Both the position numbers and the translations under genes were made by a program. The notes under the pieces are model-generated. The model worked only from the letters and a program-made list of their open reading frames with translations, made no database searches and had not been told where the DNA came from. A stretch of DNA of 63,091 bases, the filler included. It is 7 parts of 7 records of this genome, joined end to end, with 100 filler letters (N's around TTAATTAATTAA, not from the genome) between each part and the next. Parts side by side here need not be neighbours in the genome. Positions count along the whole stretch, not along the records: positions 38,093 to 49,883 come from SRR20825014_27; positions 49,984 to 60,573 come from SRR20825014_40; 5 more parts are not named here. The stretch is one strand, 5' to 3'. Positions 43,378 to 53,459 of the stretch are shown here, piece by piece. Within the stretch, counting starts at the first letter, position 1, and each line of letters starts with the position of its first letter.

Positions 43378-44316
43378 ATGTTTTCAGTCTTGGATTTCCG
43401 GGCATTTTCGTCTGGGCAAGATTCGGTCGGGTTTACGACAGCACTGGGGGAGGCCTGTCGCGACAGTGGCGTTTTTTTTCTCACACATCACGGCATTCCG
43501 CGCGGGCTTTTGACGGATGTGGGCGAGGTGGCCGATACGTTTTTTGCCCTGCCAACGCAGGACAAAACCCCCCTCGACATCCGCCATTCCAACACCAATC
43601 GCGGCTGGGCGGGCTATGGTGTCGAAGTGATGGCGGACCGCCCGGATGTGCCTCTGTACAAAGAGAGCTTTAGCATCGGCTTGGATCTTCAACCCAACGA
43701 TCCGCGTGTGCTGGCACATGAGCCGTTTCGCGCCCCAAACGCGTGGCCCGCGATCGACATGTTTCGCGATGTGATGTTGGATTATTACAAGGAAATGCTG
43801 GCGCTGGGGCGGCTTTTGATGCGCGCGGTCGAACGTGATCTCGATCTGCACGCCGATTTTTTCCAGCCGCATTTCACCGAACCGATGGCCACCCTGCGCC
43901 TGTCACATTACCCGGCCAACCCGTGGGACATTGCCGCCACTGACACCGTGGACGGTCCGGCACAGCATGATTACGGCGCGTTGACGATGGTGCTGACCGA
44001 TGGCTCCGCCGGGATTCAGGTTCAGGACAAAGCGGGCCAATGGGTCGATGTGCCGGACATGCCGGACAGTTTGTTGGTGTTGGTCGGGGATTGCCTGATG
44101 CGGTGGTCCAATGATCAATATCGCTCGGCGCCGCATCGGATTTTACCGCCCGCCGCGCCGCGCCGTTTGGCGGCCTTTTACCTTGATCCCAACCCCGACA
44201 GTTTGATCACCCCATTGCCCGGCACGGGGGCGGCGCATTACGCACCGATCCGCGCGGCCGAATATTTGCGGGCGCGTTTGGATGAGATTTATCTTTCGGC
44301 GGCCGTGGCGCAGTAG
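43378..44316 (+). CDS. Isopenicillin-N-synthase-like 2OG-Fe(II) oxygenase family protein with atypical motifs
   Basis: AC...G.F.L..HGI, FF.LP...K, N.WP, LR..HYP, DYG.LT, VGD.L.RWSN..Y.S..HR. Confidence 0.82.
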   Translation: MFSVLDFRAFSSGQDSVGFTTALGEACRDSGVFFLTHHGIPRGLLTDVGEVADTFFALPTQDKTPLDIRHSNTNRGWAGYGVEVMADRPDVPLYKESFSIGLDLQPNDPRVLAHEPFRAPNAWPAIDMFRDVMLDYYKEMLALGRLLMRAVERDLDLHADFFQPHFTEPMATLRLSHYPANPWDIAATDTVDGPAQHDYGALTMVLTDGSAGIQVQDKAGQWVDVPDMPDSLLVLVGDCLMRWSNDQYRSAPHRILPPAAPRRLAAFYLDPNPDSLITPLPGTGAAHYAPIRAAEYLRARLDEIYLSAAVAQ

Positions 44317-44369
44317 CGTTGGATTGAGACTGGCTGGACAGGGGCATGAGCGGCCAGTAAGGCTGCAGT

Positions 44370-44615
44370 ATGACCCATATTTTTGATCAAGACCTCGATG
44401 CCATCGACCTGTTGTGCCCGCTGCCCGTGCTCAAAGCCCGCAAGCGGCTTTTGGCGATGGCACCGGGCGAGATATTGCGCCTGCGGGCCTCTGATCCGGC
44501 GGCGGTGATCGACGTGCCGCATTTTTGCGCCGAGGCGGGGCATGAATTTGTGTCGATGTCCGACGAGGATGGCGTGCAGAGCTATCTGATTCGCCGCAGC
44601 AAAACCACGCTTTAA
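44370..44615 (+). CDS. TusA family sulfur carrier
   Basis: LD...L.CPLP.LK..K.L, DP.A..D.P.FC...GH. Confidence 0.9.
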   Translation: MTHIFDQDLDAIDLLCPLPVLKARKRLLAMAPGEILRLRASDPAAVIDVPHFCAEAGHEFVSMSDEDGVQSYLIRRSKTTL

Positions 44616-45232
44616 GAGGTCAACATGGCTTCGGCGCGGGCGAGGTCTTCGCGCGTGTTGATGTTGAAAAACGGATCAAACGACGGCGATGTCTCAAACA
44701 CCACCGGCACCACGCCTTTGCTCTCGGCAAACTGCCGCATCCGCCGTTGATCGTGCCGCAACGCCTCCCGAAGCTCATCGCGCAATGCCACCGGCCAAAG
44801 CGCGAAGGTCGGATGCCAAAACCGTCTGCCTTCTGCCTCGGTCACGGCCAGGCCAAAACCTACGGGCGAGGAACCCGCTTGCAGCCGTGTCACAAGGTCG
44901 GTTGGGAAAAACGGCGTGTCGGTGGCCACCGTCACAATCGCCTCAAAGCTCATGCGCGCGGCCCAGTCCAACCCGGCCAAAACCCCCGCCAAAGGCCCCT
45001 GCGACTCTATGCTGCCATCGGAGAACACCGGATAGCCAAAGTCGGCAAAGCGGGTCAGGTCGCCATTGGCGCTGATCGCGAGTGTGGCGCATTGCGGCGA
45101 AAGCCGCGCGATCACCCGCTCGATCAAAGGTGCACCGCCAAGCCGCATCATGCCCTTGTCCTGCCCGCCCATTCGGGTCGCTTGCCCCCCCGCAAGGATC
45201 ACCCCGGCGATCTGCGTTATTCTTGGTGTCAC
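44612..45232 (-). CDS. mobA: Molybdenum cofactor guanylyltransferase
   Basis: GVILAGG...RMGG.DK, GPLAG.LAGL, DTPF.P, FFN.NT.EDL; GTG start. Confidence 0.93.
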   Translation of the reverse strand: MTPRITQIAGVILAGGQATRMGGQDKGMMRLGGAPLIERVIARLSPQCATLAISANGDLTRFADFGYPVFSDGSIESQGPLAGVLAGLDWAARMSFEAIVTVATDTPFFPTDLVTRLQAGSSPVGFGLAVTEAEGRRFWHPTFALWPVALRDELREALRHDQRRMRQFAESKGVVPVVFETSPSFDPFFNINTREDLARAEAMLTS

Positions 45233-45328
45233 TGCGTGCTTTCCTCTCTGGCGTTCCGTCTGTATGTCCAGATACCATCCAATCAAGGCTCGCGGACTGC
45301 AAGGGCCAGACAGATCAAGGGCTGGTTC

Positions 45329-45835
45329 ATGTTGGGATATGTGATGATGGCGGGGCGCGGCGAAACCGATGCGGTGTTATGCGCCTTGGCCGACCGGCTG
45401 ATCTCCGAGGGCCGCCGTCTCGCGGGCGCGGTGCAAATCAATCGCGAGCGTCCCGGCGCAAGCAAATGCCATATGGAACTGAAGCTGCTGCCCTCGGGGG
45501 AGAGCCGATCCATCACGCAAGCCTTGGGTGAGATGTCGCAAGGCTGCCGTTTGGACGCCGAGGGGCTTGAACTGGCCGTGGCACAGGCGGAACGGGCCTT
45601 GGAGGCAGGGGCGGAGTTGGTTGTGATCAACAAATTCGGCAAACAGGAAGTGGCGGGCCGGGGCTTTCGCGCGCTGATCGCCGAGGCGCTGCATCGCGGT
45701 GTCCCGGTAATCCTTGGGGTCAATGAGAAAAACCTTCACGGCTTTGACGCCTTTGCTGGCGACATCGCCGAACCGCTTGCGCCCGATCTGACGGTGCTGT
45801 TGGAGTGGTGCCATGCAAAGTTGCATGTCGATTAA
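45329..45835 (+). CDS. DUF2478 family protein
   Basis: LAG.VQ, ITQ.LG....GCRLD, NKFGKQE..GRG. Confidence 0.82.
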   Translation: MLGYVMMAGRGETDAVLCALADRLISEGRRLAGAVQINRERPGASKCHMELKLLPSGESRSITQALGEMSQGCRLDAEGLELAVAQAERALEAGAELVVINKFGKQEVAGRGFRALIAEALHRGVPVILGVNEKNLHGFDAFAGDIAEPLAPDLTVLLEWCHAKLHVD

Positions 45836-45938
45836 AAAATATGCGCATAAGCTTAATTTTTGACATATTGCCAAAGGGCACAGCGCGCGCCGCGCGGGAA
45901 TCGTTTACTTTATAGGCCGATCGCCGCGATCTGAGGCC

Positions 45939-46523
45939 ATGAGTGCCTCCCTATCCATCATCGTCGTCGAAACCGACCGCACCCGCGCGCAGCTGATCGT
46001 GGACAGCCTGCGGCAAGCGGGTGACTTCGACATTTATATCATCGCCGAAGTCACTGGGCTGGCGCGCCAAATACAGGCGCGTAACCCGGACATCGTGCTG
46101 ATCGACATCGAAAACCCGTCTCGTGACACGATGGAAGAGCTGACCTTGGCCTCCGGTCCTCTGGATCGCCCGGTGGCGATGTTTGTGGATCGTTCGGATG
46201 AGGGCCTGTCTGCCGCTGCGATCGAGGCGGGGGTCTCGGCCTATATTGTTGACGGATTACATTCAAACCGGGTCAAACCGATTTTGGATGCCGCCATCGC
46301 CCGGTTTCGGATGTTTCAGCGGATGCGCACGGAATTGGCTGAAACCAAAAAGGCGCTGGAAGAACGCAAGGTCATTGACCGCGCCAAGGGCATGTTGATG
46401 CGCGCGAAAGGCATCGGCGAAGACGAAGCCTATGCGCTTTTGCGCAAAACCGCGATGGACCAGGGGCGTCGCGTTGCCGATGTGGCGCAGGCTTTGGTCA
46501 CGGCGGCGGGGCTTTTGGCATGA
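45939..46523 (+). CDS. nasT: ANTAR-domain antiterminator of nitrate assimilation
   Basis: Pseudo-REC domain plus L.ERK.IDRAKG.LM...E.EAY..LRK.AM. Confidence 0.9.
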   Translation: MSASLSIIVVETDRTRAQLIVDSLRQAGDFDIYIIAEVTGLARQIQARNPDIVLIDIENPSRDTMEELTLASGPLDRPVAMFVDRSDEGLSAAAIEAGVSAYIVDGLHSNRVKPILDAAIARFRMFQRMRTELAETKKALEERKVIDRAKGMLMRAKGIGEDEAYALLRKTAMDQGRRVADVAQALVTAAGLLA

Positions 46524-47695
46524 GGGCGGTGACGGTTTCGGTCGGGTTCATACCGCTCGTCGATGCAGCCCCTTTGATTGTGGCACAGGAAATGGGATTT
46601 GCCGCCGAGGAGGGCATCAACCTTGCCCTCAAACCTGCGCCCTCCTGGTCCTCGCTGCGCGATATGTTGTCTTTTGGTCAGGTCGAGGCGGCACATATGC
46701 TGTCGCCGCTTCCAGTCGCCACGGCGTTGGGTCTGGGCGGGGCGGGGGCGAAACTGTCGGCCGTCTCAGTGCTGTCGGTGAATGGCAACGTGATCGGCGT
46801 GTCCAATGCTTTGGCTGCGCGGCTGCACGATCAGGGCCATGATTTCGGCTTTAACGATGCCTATAAGGCGGGCACCGCCTTGATCGCGGCCGCCAAGGGG
46901 CGGTTGCGGATCGGTGTGCCATTTCCGTTTTCGATGCATGCCGAGCTTTTATATTACTGGCTCTCGGCGCTGGGCCTTCCTGCGCCGCAATCGGTCGATA
47001 TCCACACCGTGCCGCCGCCTTTGATGGCCGATGCGATGGAGGCAGGCGACATTGACGCGTTTTGCGTCGGCGAACCTTGGGGGTCGCAGGCGGTGGACAA
47101 TGGCGTGGGGCAGCTTTTGTTGCCTGGATCGGCAATCTGGTCCTGTGCGCCCGAAAAGGTCTTGGCGGTGCGCTCAGACTGGGCCGAACAGGAAAGCGCC
47201 TTGATGGGTCGGTTGATCCGGGCCGTGTGGCGCGCGGGGCGTTGGTTGGGCGAACCGGACAGCCGGATGTTGACCTCCGAACTTTTGAGCCGCCCCGAAT
47301 ACCTTGATCTGCCCTCGGACATGCTGGAGCGCGCCTTGACGGGGCGTTTGGTGATCGGACCTGCGGGCGAAGAGCGTCATGTCGACGGGTTTGTCGAATT
47401 CTTCAAAGGGGCTGCGACTTTCCCATGGCGGTCGCAGGCCGAATGGATCGGAATGCAGTTGGCCACCCGGATGGGGTTGGATCAGGTGATGGCGCGCAGC
47501 GTGGCCGCCGGAGTGTTTCGTTCCGATCTTCACCGTCAGGCGCTTGTGGGAACCACCGCGGATTTGCCGGGTGCCTCCTCGAAAGTCGAGGGCGGATTGG
47601 ATGCACCCATGGCGGTGGCTTCTGAGGCGGGGCACTTGATCCTTGGTCAAAATCGGTTCTTTGATGGGCGTGTTTTTGATCCAAAGGGGGATTGA
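46520..47695 (+). CDS. nasS: Cytoplasmic nitrate-sensing NrtA-like protein
   Basis: GFIPL.D.APL, FCVGEPW, PEKVL; no signal peptide; ATGA overlap with nasT. Confidence 0.85.
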   Translation: MRAVTVSVGFIPLVDAAPLIVAQEMGFAAEEGINLALKPAPSWSSLRDMLSFGQVEAAHMLSPLPVATALGLGGAGAKLSAVSVLSVNGNVIGVSNALAARLHDQGHDFGFNDAYKAGTALIAAAKGRLRIGVPFPFSMHAELLYYWLSALGLPAPQSVDIHTVPPPLMADAMEAGDIDAFCVGEPWGSQAVDNGVGQLLLPGSAIWSCAPEKVLAVRSDWAEQESALMGRLIRAVWRAGRWLGEPDSRMLTSELLSRPEYLDLPSDMLERALTGRLVIGPAGEERHVDGFVEFFKGAATFPWRSQAEWIGMQLATRMGLDQVMARSVAAGVFRSDLHRQALVGTTADLPGASSKVEGGLDAPMAVASEAGHLILGQNRFFDGRVFDPKGD

Positions 47696-47712
47696 TGCGC
47701 AAATAATGGGCA
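47696..47712 (+). promoter_or_regulatory. Possible NtrC binding site
   Basis: tgcgcaaataatgggca resembles TGCACC-N5-GGTGCA, upstream of the nitrate transport operon. Confidence 0.4.
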
Positions 47713-47801
47713 AAACTGTGCGTTTGCAGCATTTTTTGGTCCGCACGACCCGACGCCTTTTGCATGTGCAGCGCGATTCCACGCATAGATAAGACATCGA
47801 A

Positions 47802-47910
47802 GGCAACGATGCCGCGATACGAGATTTCCATCCCGATGATCGGGATGACTGAGCAAAGCCGCTCGACAACCGCCCCCTCCTCCCGGGCGATTTGTCGGCG
47901 GCTTTTTTTT
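47802..47910 (+). promoter_or_regulatory. ANTAR-binding dual-hairpin leader overlapping an intrinsic terminator
   Basis: ggc-AACGAT-gcc and gagc-AAAGCC-gctc hexaloops (A1, G4); the second overlaps the 5' arm of aaagccgctcgacaa...ttgtcggcggc-T8. Confidence 0.88.
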
Positions 47911-47955
47911 ATTTTTCGCCTCCAACAGGGCATGCACTGACTAAGGGACACACAG

Positions 47956-49323
47956 ATGAAACACCTTCTTCTCGGCCTCGCGGCCACCACGGCGCTCGCC
48001 ACTCCTGGCTGGGCTGAGATGCTTGATCTCGAAAAAGATCAACTGACCTTTGGTTTTATCAAGCTGACCGATATGGCGCCTTTGGCCGTGGCCTATGAAC
48101 AGGGTTTTTTCGATGACGAAGGCCTGTTTGTGACGCTGGAAGCCCAAGCCAACTGGAAAGTGCTTCTGGACGGCGTGATCGACGGCACCCTGGACGGCGC
48201 GCATATGTTGGCCGGGCAACCCTTGGCCGCGACCATCGGCTATGGCACCGAAGCGCATATCATCACGCCGTTTTCGATGGATTTGAACGGCAACGGCATC
48301 ACCGTGTCGAACGAGGTGTGGGATGAGATGAAGCCGAACATCCCATTGGATGCGGAGGGCAAGGTGCAGCACCCGATTTCCGCCTCGGCTCTGGCTCCGG
48401 TGGTTGAAAGATTCCGCTCCGAAGGCAAGCCCTTTAACATGGGCATGGTCTTTCCGGTCTCCACGCACAACTACGAGCTGCGCTACTGGTTGGCAGCGGG
48501 CGGGTTGCATCCGGGGTTCTATTCCCCCGACAACATCACCGGCCAGATTGGCGCGGATGTGTTTCTCTCCGTCACGCCGCCGCCGCAGATGCCGGCCACG
48601 TTGGAAGCGGGCACCATCAACGGCTATTGCGTCGGTGAACCGTGGAACCAACAGGCCGTGTTCAAAGGCATCGGCGTGCCGGTTGTGACCGATTACGAAC
48701 TGTGGAAAAACAACCCGGAAAAGGTGTTTGGCATCACCGCTGAGTTTGCCGAGGAGAACCCGAACACCACCAAAGCGGTTGTCAAAGCGTTGATCCGCGC
48801 CGCGATGTGGCTGGACGAAAACGACAACGCCAATCGCGCAGAGGCCGTCAAAATCCTGTCGCGCCCGGATTACGTCGGGGCCGACGAAGAGGTGATTGCC
48901 GCCTCGATGACCGGGACTTTTGAATATGAAAAGGGCGACAAACGCTCGGTTCCCGATTTCAACGTGTTCTTCCGCTACAACGCCACATATCCGTTCTACT
49001 CGGACGCAGTGTGGTATCTGACCCAGATGCGCCGTTGGGGGCAAATCTCTGAGGCCAAGCCGGACAGCTGGTACGACGAGGTCGCCAAATCCGTTTACAA
49101 GCCAGAGATTTATTTGGAGGCTGCAAAACTGTTGGTCGAAGAGGGTCTGGCCGATGAGGCCGACTTCCCGTGGGACAGCGATGGCTACAAGACCCCGACC
49201 CCGGCCGAAGATGTCATCGACGGCATCGGCTATGACGGCCGCGCGCCCAACGCCTATCTCGACAGCCTGCCGATCGGCCTGAAAGGCGAGCAGATCGTCA
49301 TCGGCACCGAAGTCAAAGGCTAA
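47956..49323 (+). CDS. nrtA: Nitrate/nitrite ABC transporter substrate-binding protein (NrtA/NasF/CmpA family)
   Basis: Signal peptide; GFIKLTD.APL, VFP.STHNY.LRYWLA, PPPQM, CVGEPW, PEK. Confidence 0.88.
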   Translation: MKHLLLGLAATTALATPGWAEMLDLEKDQLTFGFIKLTDMAPLAVAYEQGFFDDEGLFVTLEAQANWKVLLDGVIDGTLDGAHMLAGQPLAATIGYGTEAHIITPFSMDLNGNGITVSNEVWDEMKPNIPLDAEGKVQHPISASALAPVVERFRSEGKPFNMGMVFPVSTHNYELRYWLAAGGLHPGFYSPDNITGQIGADVFLSVTPPPQMPATLEAGTINGYCVGEPWNQQAVFKGIGVPVVTDYELWKNNPEKVFGITAEFAEENPNTTKAVVKALIRAAMWLDENDNANRAEAVKILSRPDYVGADEEVIAASMTGTFEYEKGDKRSVPDFNVFFRYNATYPFYSDAVWYLTQMRRWGQISEAKPDSWYDEVAKSVYKPEIYLEAAKLLVEEGLADEADFPWDSDGYKTPTPAEDVIDGIGYDGRAPNAYLDSLPIGLKGEQIVIGTEVKG

Positions 49324-49337
49324 CCCAAACCTCTCCT

Positions 49338-49367
49338 GGGGCGCGCTTTCGGGTGCGCCCATTTTTC
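49338..49367 (+). terminator. Hairpin with a short U-tract after nrtA
   Basis: gggcgcgc-tttcgg-gtgcgccc-attttt. Confidence 0.5.
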
Positions 49368-49397
49368 CGACCCTGATTTTCCCGCGAGGACCCTGCA

Positions 49398-49883
49398 ATG
49401 ACCGCCATAGATCCGCACGCTCTGGACACACAGGCCAAAGCGGCCCGCCGTGCGAAACTGTTCACCCGCATCAACAAAGCCGACACTTGGTTTCAGGTCT
49501 TGGGTCTGAGTTGGATGACCCCGATTTTGAAAGCCATCGCGGGCGACAACCCCAAGGCACAGGTCAAAGAGATCTGGAAACTCTTGGGGGTGCCGGTTTT
49601 GGCGATCCTGTGTTTCTTGATGCTCTGGGGCACATTGGCCCCGAAAGTGCAGACCTCATTGGGCGCAATCCCCGGCCCCTCGGCCGTTTGGGAAGAGGCC
49701 GTGAACCTACATTATGACGCGATGGCCAAGGCCGAAAAGAAGGCCGCGTTTGAAGAGCGCGTGGACAAACGCAACGCGCGGTTGATCGAACAGGGCAAAG
49801 CCGACGAGGTCAAAGATATCGCCTACACCGGCTCGCCGTCCTATTACACGCAAATCTGGACCTCGATCAAAACCGTGTTCTTC
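49398..49883 (+). CDS. nrtB: Nitrate ABC transporter permease, 3'-truncated
   Basis: TM helix followed by TSLG..PGP..VW and QI.TS..TV; follows nrtA. Confidence 0.78.
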
Positions 49884-49983
49884 NNNNNNNNNNNNNNNNN
49901 NNNNNNNNNNNNNNNNNNNNNNNNNNNTTAATTAATTAANNNNNNNNNNNNNNNNNNNNNNNNNNNNNNNNNNNNNNNNNNNN

Positions 49984-50134
49984 CGGTGGTGTTATTCGCC
50001 GTCGTGTTGTTCGTGTTGTGATTTTCGTGGTTCGCGTGGTTGTTGTTCGCCTTGTTGTTGTCTTCATCGCTGGGTCCACAGGCGACGAGCACGAGCATCG
50101 AGGCGCACAGTGCGAGGTTTCTTTTCCAATTCAT
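49984..50134 (-). CDS. Lipoprotein with Asn-rich linker, 3'-truncated
   Basis: MNWKRNLALCASMLVLVA-C followed by NNKANNNHANHENHNTNNTT; GGAG RBS. Confidence 0.75.
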
Positions 50135-50191
50135 TTTAAAAGCTCCATCAGAGATCATTGGTGGGGTTGATTGAGTGGTTCGAGCTCGCAT

Positions 50192-52570
50192 TTAAAGGCC
50201 GAGCTCCATTTGCATCGTGAAACTCCTGCCCGGTCCGTTCACGCTGGAGCCGTGGTAACGGTAGGCTTCGTCGGTGATGTTCTCGAAGACGGTGTGAATG
50301 GCCGCGTGACGGCCAAATCTCCAGCCGAGGCGGCCATCGATGACCATGAACGCTGGCGTACCTCCGCGCGGGATACGTTCATCGGAGATGTCCGAGAGCG
50401 CGAGGCGATCCTGTAGACCTGCCCAACGCATCCCCGCGCCGACATAGAGCCCGCGGTCGCTCCTCCAGATTCCTTCGACGGTCCCATTGAGCGGTGGAAT
50501 GCGCGAGAGCGGGACACGATCGTCGAGGATCGCGTCCGGGTTGTCGGCCTGGAAGATAGGTCTCGGGCCATCTCCCCACGCATAGGCGATGGTGGATTGC
50601 AGCTCGACATTCCTGGGGAGCTTGAGCTTGAGGCTGCCCTCCGCGCCGAAGATGCGCGCCTGACCTGGCAAGTTCACCAGCTGGAGGCGAGACCACGTCG
50701 TGTAGCACTCGGGCGTTGACTCCCTGGATGGGCACGCATCTGAATCGCGCGTCGTGCGCGCGATCGCCTGGTCGAGCGTCGAGCGATAAGCCCAGGCATC
50801 CGCCTCGATGTGCCGGGTCGCCACGCGAACGCCGACCTCCTGGGTGACGCCTCGTTCTGGCTCGAGGGCGGCGTTCTCGATCTGGAAACCTGGACCTGTG
50901 CGCTGGCGCGAGGTCAGGTCATCGAGGTTCGGCGCTCGAAACCCCTGGTCTGCATTCGCCAGGATCGTGAGCCACTCGTTGGCCCACCACTCCGCGCCGA
51001 CGTTCCCGATCCATGCCCCCCAGGTCTTGTTCACACCGAGCGTGCCGGACTCCTCATCGCGAGGAGCATACGCGCTGATCTGCGTGCGCCGTCCTCCAGC
51101 GCGCGTGATCACGCGATCAAAAATCTGCAACTCGAGCTCGCTCCAGAGACCGCCCCAGCTGTAGCGCGACCCTGACAAATAGAGCCCGCGCGAGTACTCC
51201 TTGGTGTAATCGAGGTTGAGGAGCGTGGTGGATGCCGTGGAGTTCACGCGGTCGCGGTACACCTCGCCGCCATAGCGCCCGATCAAGGAGAGGTCGTCGC
51301 TCAGATCGAAGCGCGCCGTGGTCGCGCGATAAAGCATCCCGTAGGTGTCGACGTCATCCTGACCTCGGTTGATGACCTGCGAGTCCGGGCGATCGTAGCT
51401 CCGTTTTTCATGCTGTTTTTGCCAGCTGAAAATCAGCCGCGACTGCTTCGCCAGCACCCCCCAGTTTCCTTCGAGCGCGCCGTAGGCGAGCGTGCGGAAT
51501 TGCTCGTCGTACTTGAGGCATTCGCTCGAGGGGGCGTAGGCCGGAGGGCAATTGTCTGTGCGAGGGGCGTCGTATTGGCGGTAGGCGTAGTAGCCAAACA
51601 CCATGCGCTTGTCTCGGTCCAGGTAATAGACCGCGCGCAAATCCCCGGTGAGTTCATCGAAACCCGTCCCGAGCTGCGTGCGCTCATCATCCTCGAACCG
51701 AGGCACCTGAGGTTGCTCCGGGTTGCCGTCCATATCTCGGTAGGGTCCATAGACGATGCCGCCGCTCTCGAGTTGGCCCACGGTGCGACCTCCGAAACCT
51801 GCGAGGATTCCGAAGTTGTCCGTGATTTGCGTGTCGAGCGCGAGTCGTCCTCCTGACTCCCCATCCGCGCTCCCATAGCGGTAACTCACCACGGGCCTCA
51901 TCATGAAGCCCTCCTCGGGATCGAAGGTCGGTTCGAGCGGGACGGCGTTGATGGCGCCAGCGATGGCGTCGGTGCCATAGCGCGTCGACGCGCTCCCTCG
52001 CACGACGTCGATATGATCGATGGTGCGAGAGTCCACGGTGAAGAAGTACTGATTTGGTCCCTGGCGAAAGAGCGAGTTGTTGAGGCGAACATCGTCGAAC
52101 ATCAACACGGTTTGTTGACCTGTGCGGCCTCGGACAAACGCGGAGCCCTGGCTGTGGGCGGTTTGCTGTACGAAGACGCCAGCCTCGTAGCGCAGCGCAT
52201 CTGGCGCCGAGCGCGGCTGGCGCTCCTCGAGCTCCTGGCGCGTCACCGTCGAGCTCGCCTGCCCCGGATCGGGGAGACGCCTCGGCTTGGCGCGCGTGGT
52301 CACGCTGCCGCCTTCGTCGACGAGTTCCCCCTCATAACTCGGCTCTCCAGTTGTGATCGTGCCGCCTTCCACAGGCTCACCGTCAACTCGAGTTTGCTCG
52401 CCATCGGTTGTCTCAGCTTCAGAGGGCGCCGTCGCTTCTGCCTGTGCGTGTGCGTTCTTTGCGAGCGTCACATTCGCCGCGAAAAAAACACACGCGCAAA
52501 CACAAACTGCTCGCGTCAGCCGTTGGTTGCCGCGCATGCACCGTGCTCCACCTGAATATCTGCTGAACAA
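50192..52570 (-). CDS. TonB-dependent receptor
   Basis: Plug motifs (PD.L....GV, VRG, DVVRG.AS..YG.DA..G.IN), GFRAP, L.PE, EN..D..Y......GPGR; start position uncertain. Confidence 0.93.
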   Translation of the reverse strand: MFSRYSGGARCMRGNQRLTRAVCVCACVFFAANVTLAKNAHAQAEATAPSEAETTDGEQTRVDGEPVEGGTITTGEPSYEGELVDEGGSVTTRAKPRRLPDPGQASSTVTRQELEERQPRSAPDALRYEAGVFVQQTAHSQGSAFVRGRTGQQTVLMFDDVRLNNSLFRQGPNQYFFTVDSRTIDHIDVVRGSASTRYGTDAIAGAINAVPLEPTFDPEEGFMMRPVVSYRYGSADGESGGRLALDTQITDNFGILAGFGGRTVGQLESGGIVYGPYRDMDGNPEQPQVPRFEDDERTQLGTGFDELTGDLRAVYYLDRDKRMVFGYYAYRQYDAPRTDNCPPAYAPSSECLKYDEQFRTLAYGALEGNWGVLAKQSRLIFSWQKQHEKRSYDRPDSQVINRGQDDVDTYGMLYRATTARFDLSDDLSLIGRYGGEVYRDRVNSTASTTLLNLDYTKEYSRGLYLSGSRYSWGGLWSELELQIFDRVITRAGGRRTQISAYAPRDEESGTLGVNKTWGAWIGNVGAEWWANEWLTILANADQGFRAPNLDDLTSRQRTGPGFQIENAALEPERGVTQEVGVRVATRHIEADAWAYRSTLDQAIARTTRDSDACPSRESTPECYTTWSRLQLVNLPGQARIFGAEGSLKLKLPRNVELQSTIAYAWGDGPRPIFQADNPDAILDDRVPLSRIPPLNGTVEGIWRSDRGLYVGAGMRWAGLQDRLALSDISDERIPRGGTPAFMVIDGRLGWRFGRHAAIHTVFENITDEAYRYHGSSVNGPGRSFTMQMELGL

Positions 52571-52686
52571 GTTGGCCTCTTTGTGCCTGAGTGAAGTATG
52601 CGGAATCAGGCGATCCGTTTGTATGGGGGATCTTCCCGGATCGGGGTGGGAGTTTTTCCCGAATGGCAGGGGGCGGGGAATTTTGC

Positions 52687-53343
52687 TCAGGAGAGCTCGC
52701 CAGACTCCGAGGTCAGGCCAAGCTTCATCGCGACGCGAACCAACCCCGCGGTGGTGCGCACATCGAGCTTGTCCATGATCTGCGTGCGGTAGTTCTGGAC
52801 GGTCTTGGTTTTGATCCCGAGGCGCTTGGCGATGTCCTGGCTGGTGTTGCCTTCAGCGATCAGCTGCAAGATCTCTCGCTCCCTCGGCGTGAGCGGATCT
52901 CGATCGTCCTCCTCACTTCGCAGATAACCCTGCAAGACAAAGTGCGCGATGCCCGGGTCGAAGTAGACCGCGCCGTGATACACGGTGCGTATCGCCTCGC
53001 AGAGCGTCTCCATGCCGCCCCCCTTGAGCACGAAGCCGCGCGCGCCAGCCCGCAGCGCGCGATCCACCGTCTGCGCGTCATCGTGCATCGTCAGCATCAA
53101 CACGTGGATATCAGGGCGCATCGCCTGGAGTTGACGCGCGGCGTCGATCCCGTTCAAGCCTGGTAACCCCACGTCCATGATGACAACGTCGGGGCCTTGC
53201 TCGGTCGCGAGCTGGACCGCGTCCGCGCCATCGGAGACCTCGCCGATGACGCGCAAGTCGTCCACATCCGCGAGCAGCGATCGCAACCCTTCGCGCATCA
53301 GTTGATGATCCTCGGCGATGATGATGCGTATTTGATCAGACAT
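52687..53343 (-). CDS. NarL/LuxR family response regulator
   Basis: EDH...REG, D..LPG.NG, LT.RE.EILQL.AEG...IA..L....KTV. Confidence 0.93.
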   Translation of the reverse strand: MSDQIRIIIAEDHQLMREGLRSLLADVDDLRVIGEVSDGADAVQLATEQGPDVVIMDVGLPGLNGIDAARQLQAMRPDIHVLMLTMHDDAQTVDRALRAGARGFVLKGGGMETLCEAIRTVYHGAVYFDPGIAHFVLQGYLRSEEDDRDPLTPREREILQLIAEGNTSQDIAKRLGIKTKTVQNYRTQIMDKLDVRTTAGLVRVAMKLGLTSESGELS

Positions 53344-53459
53344 CTTGTCCTTGATGTTTGGCTCGTGCGTTCCAGGGTGTTCCTCGGGGCAAGATAACGG
53401 ATACTCCTTCGTCGGTACACAGGGGACAAAACACCCCGCGACAGCCTGGCGTGTTGCCT

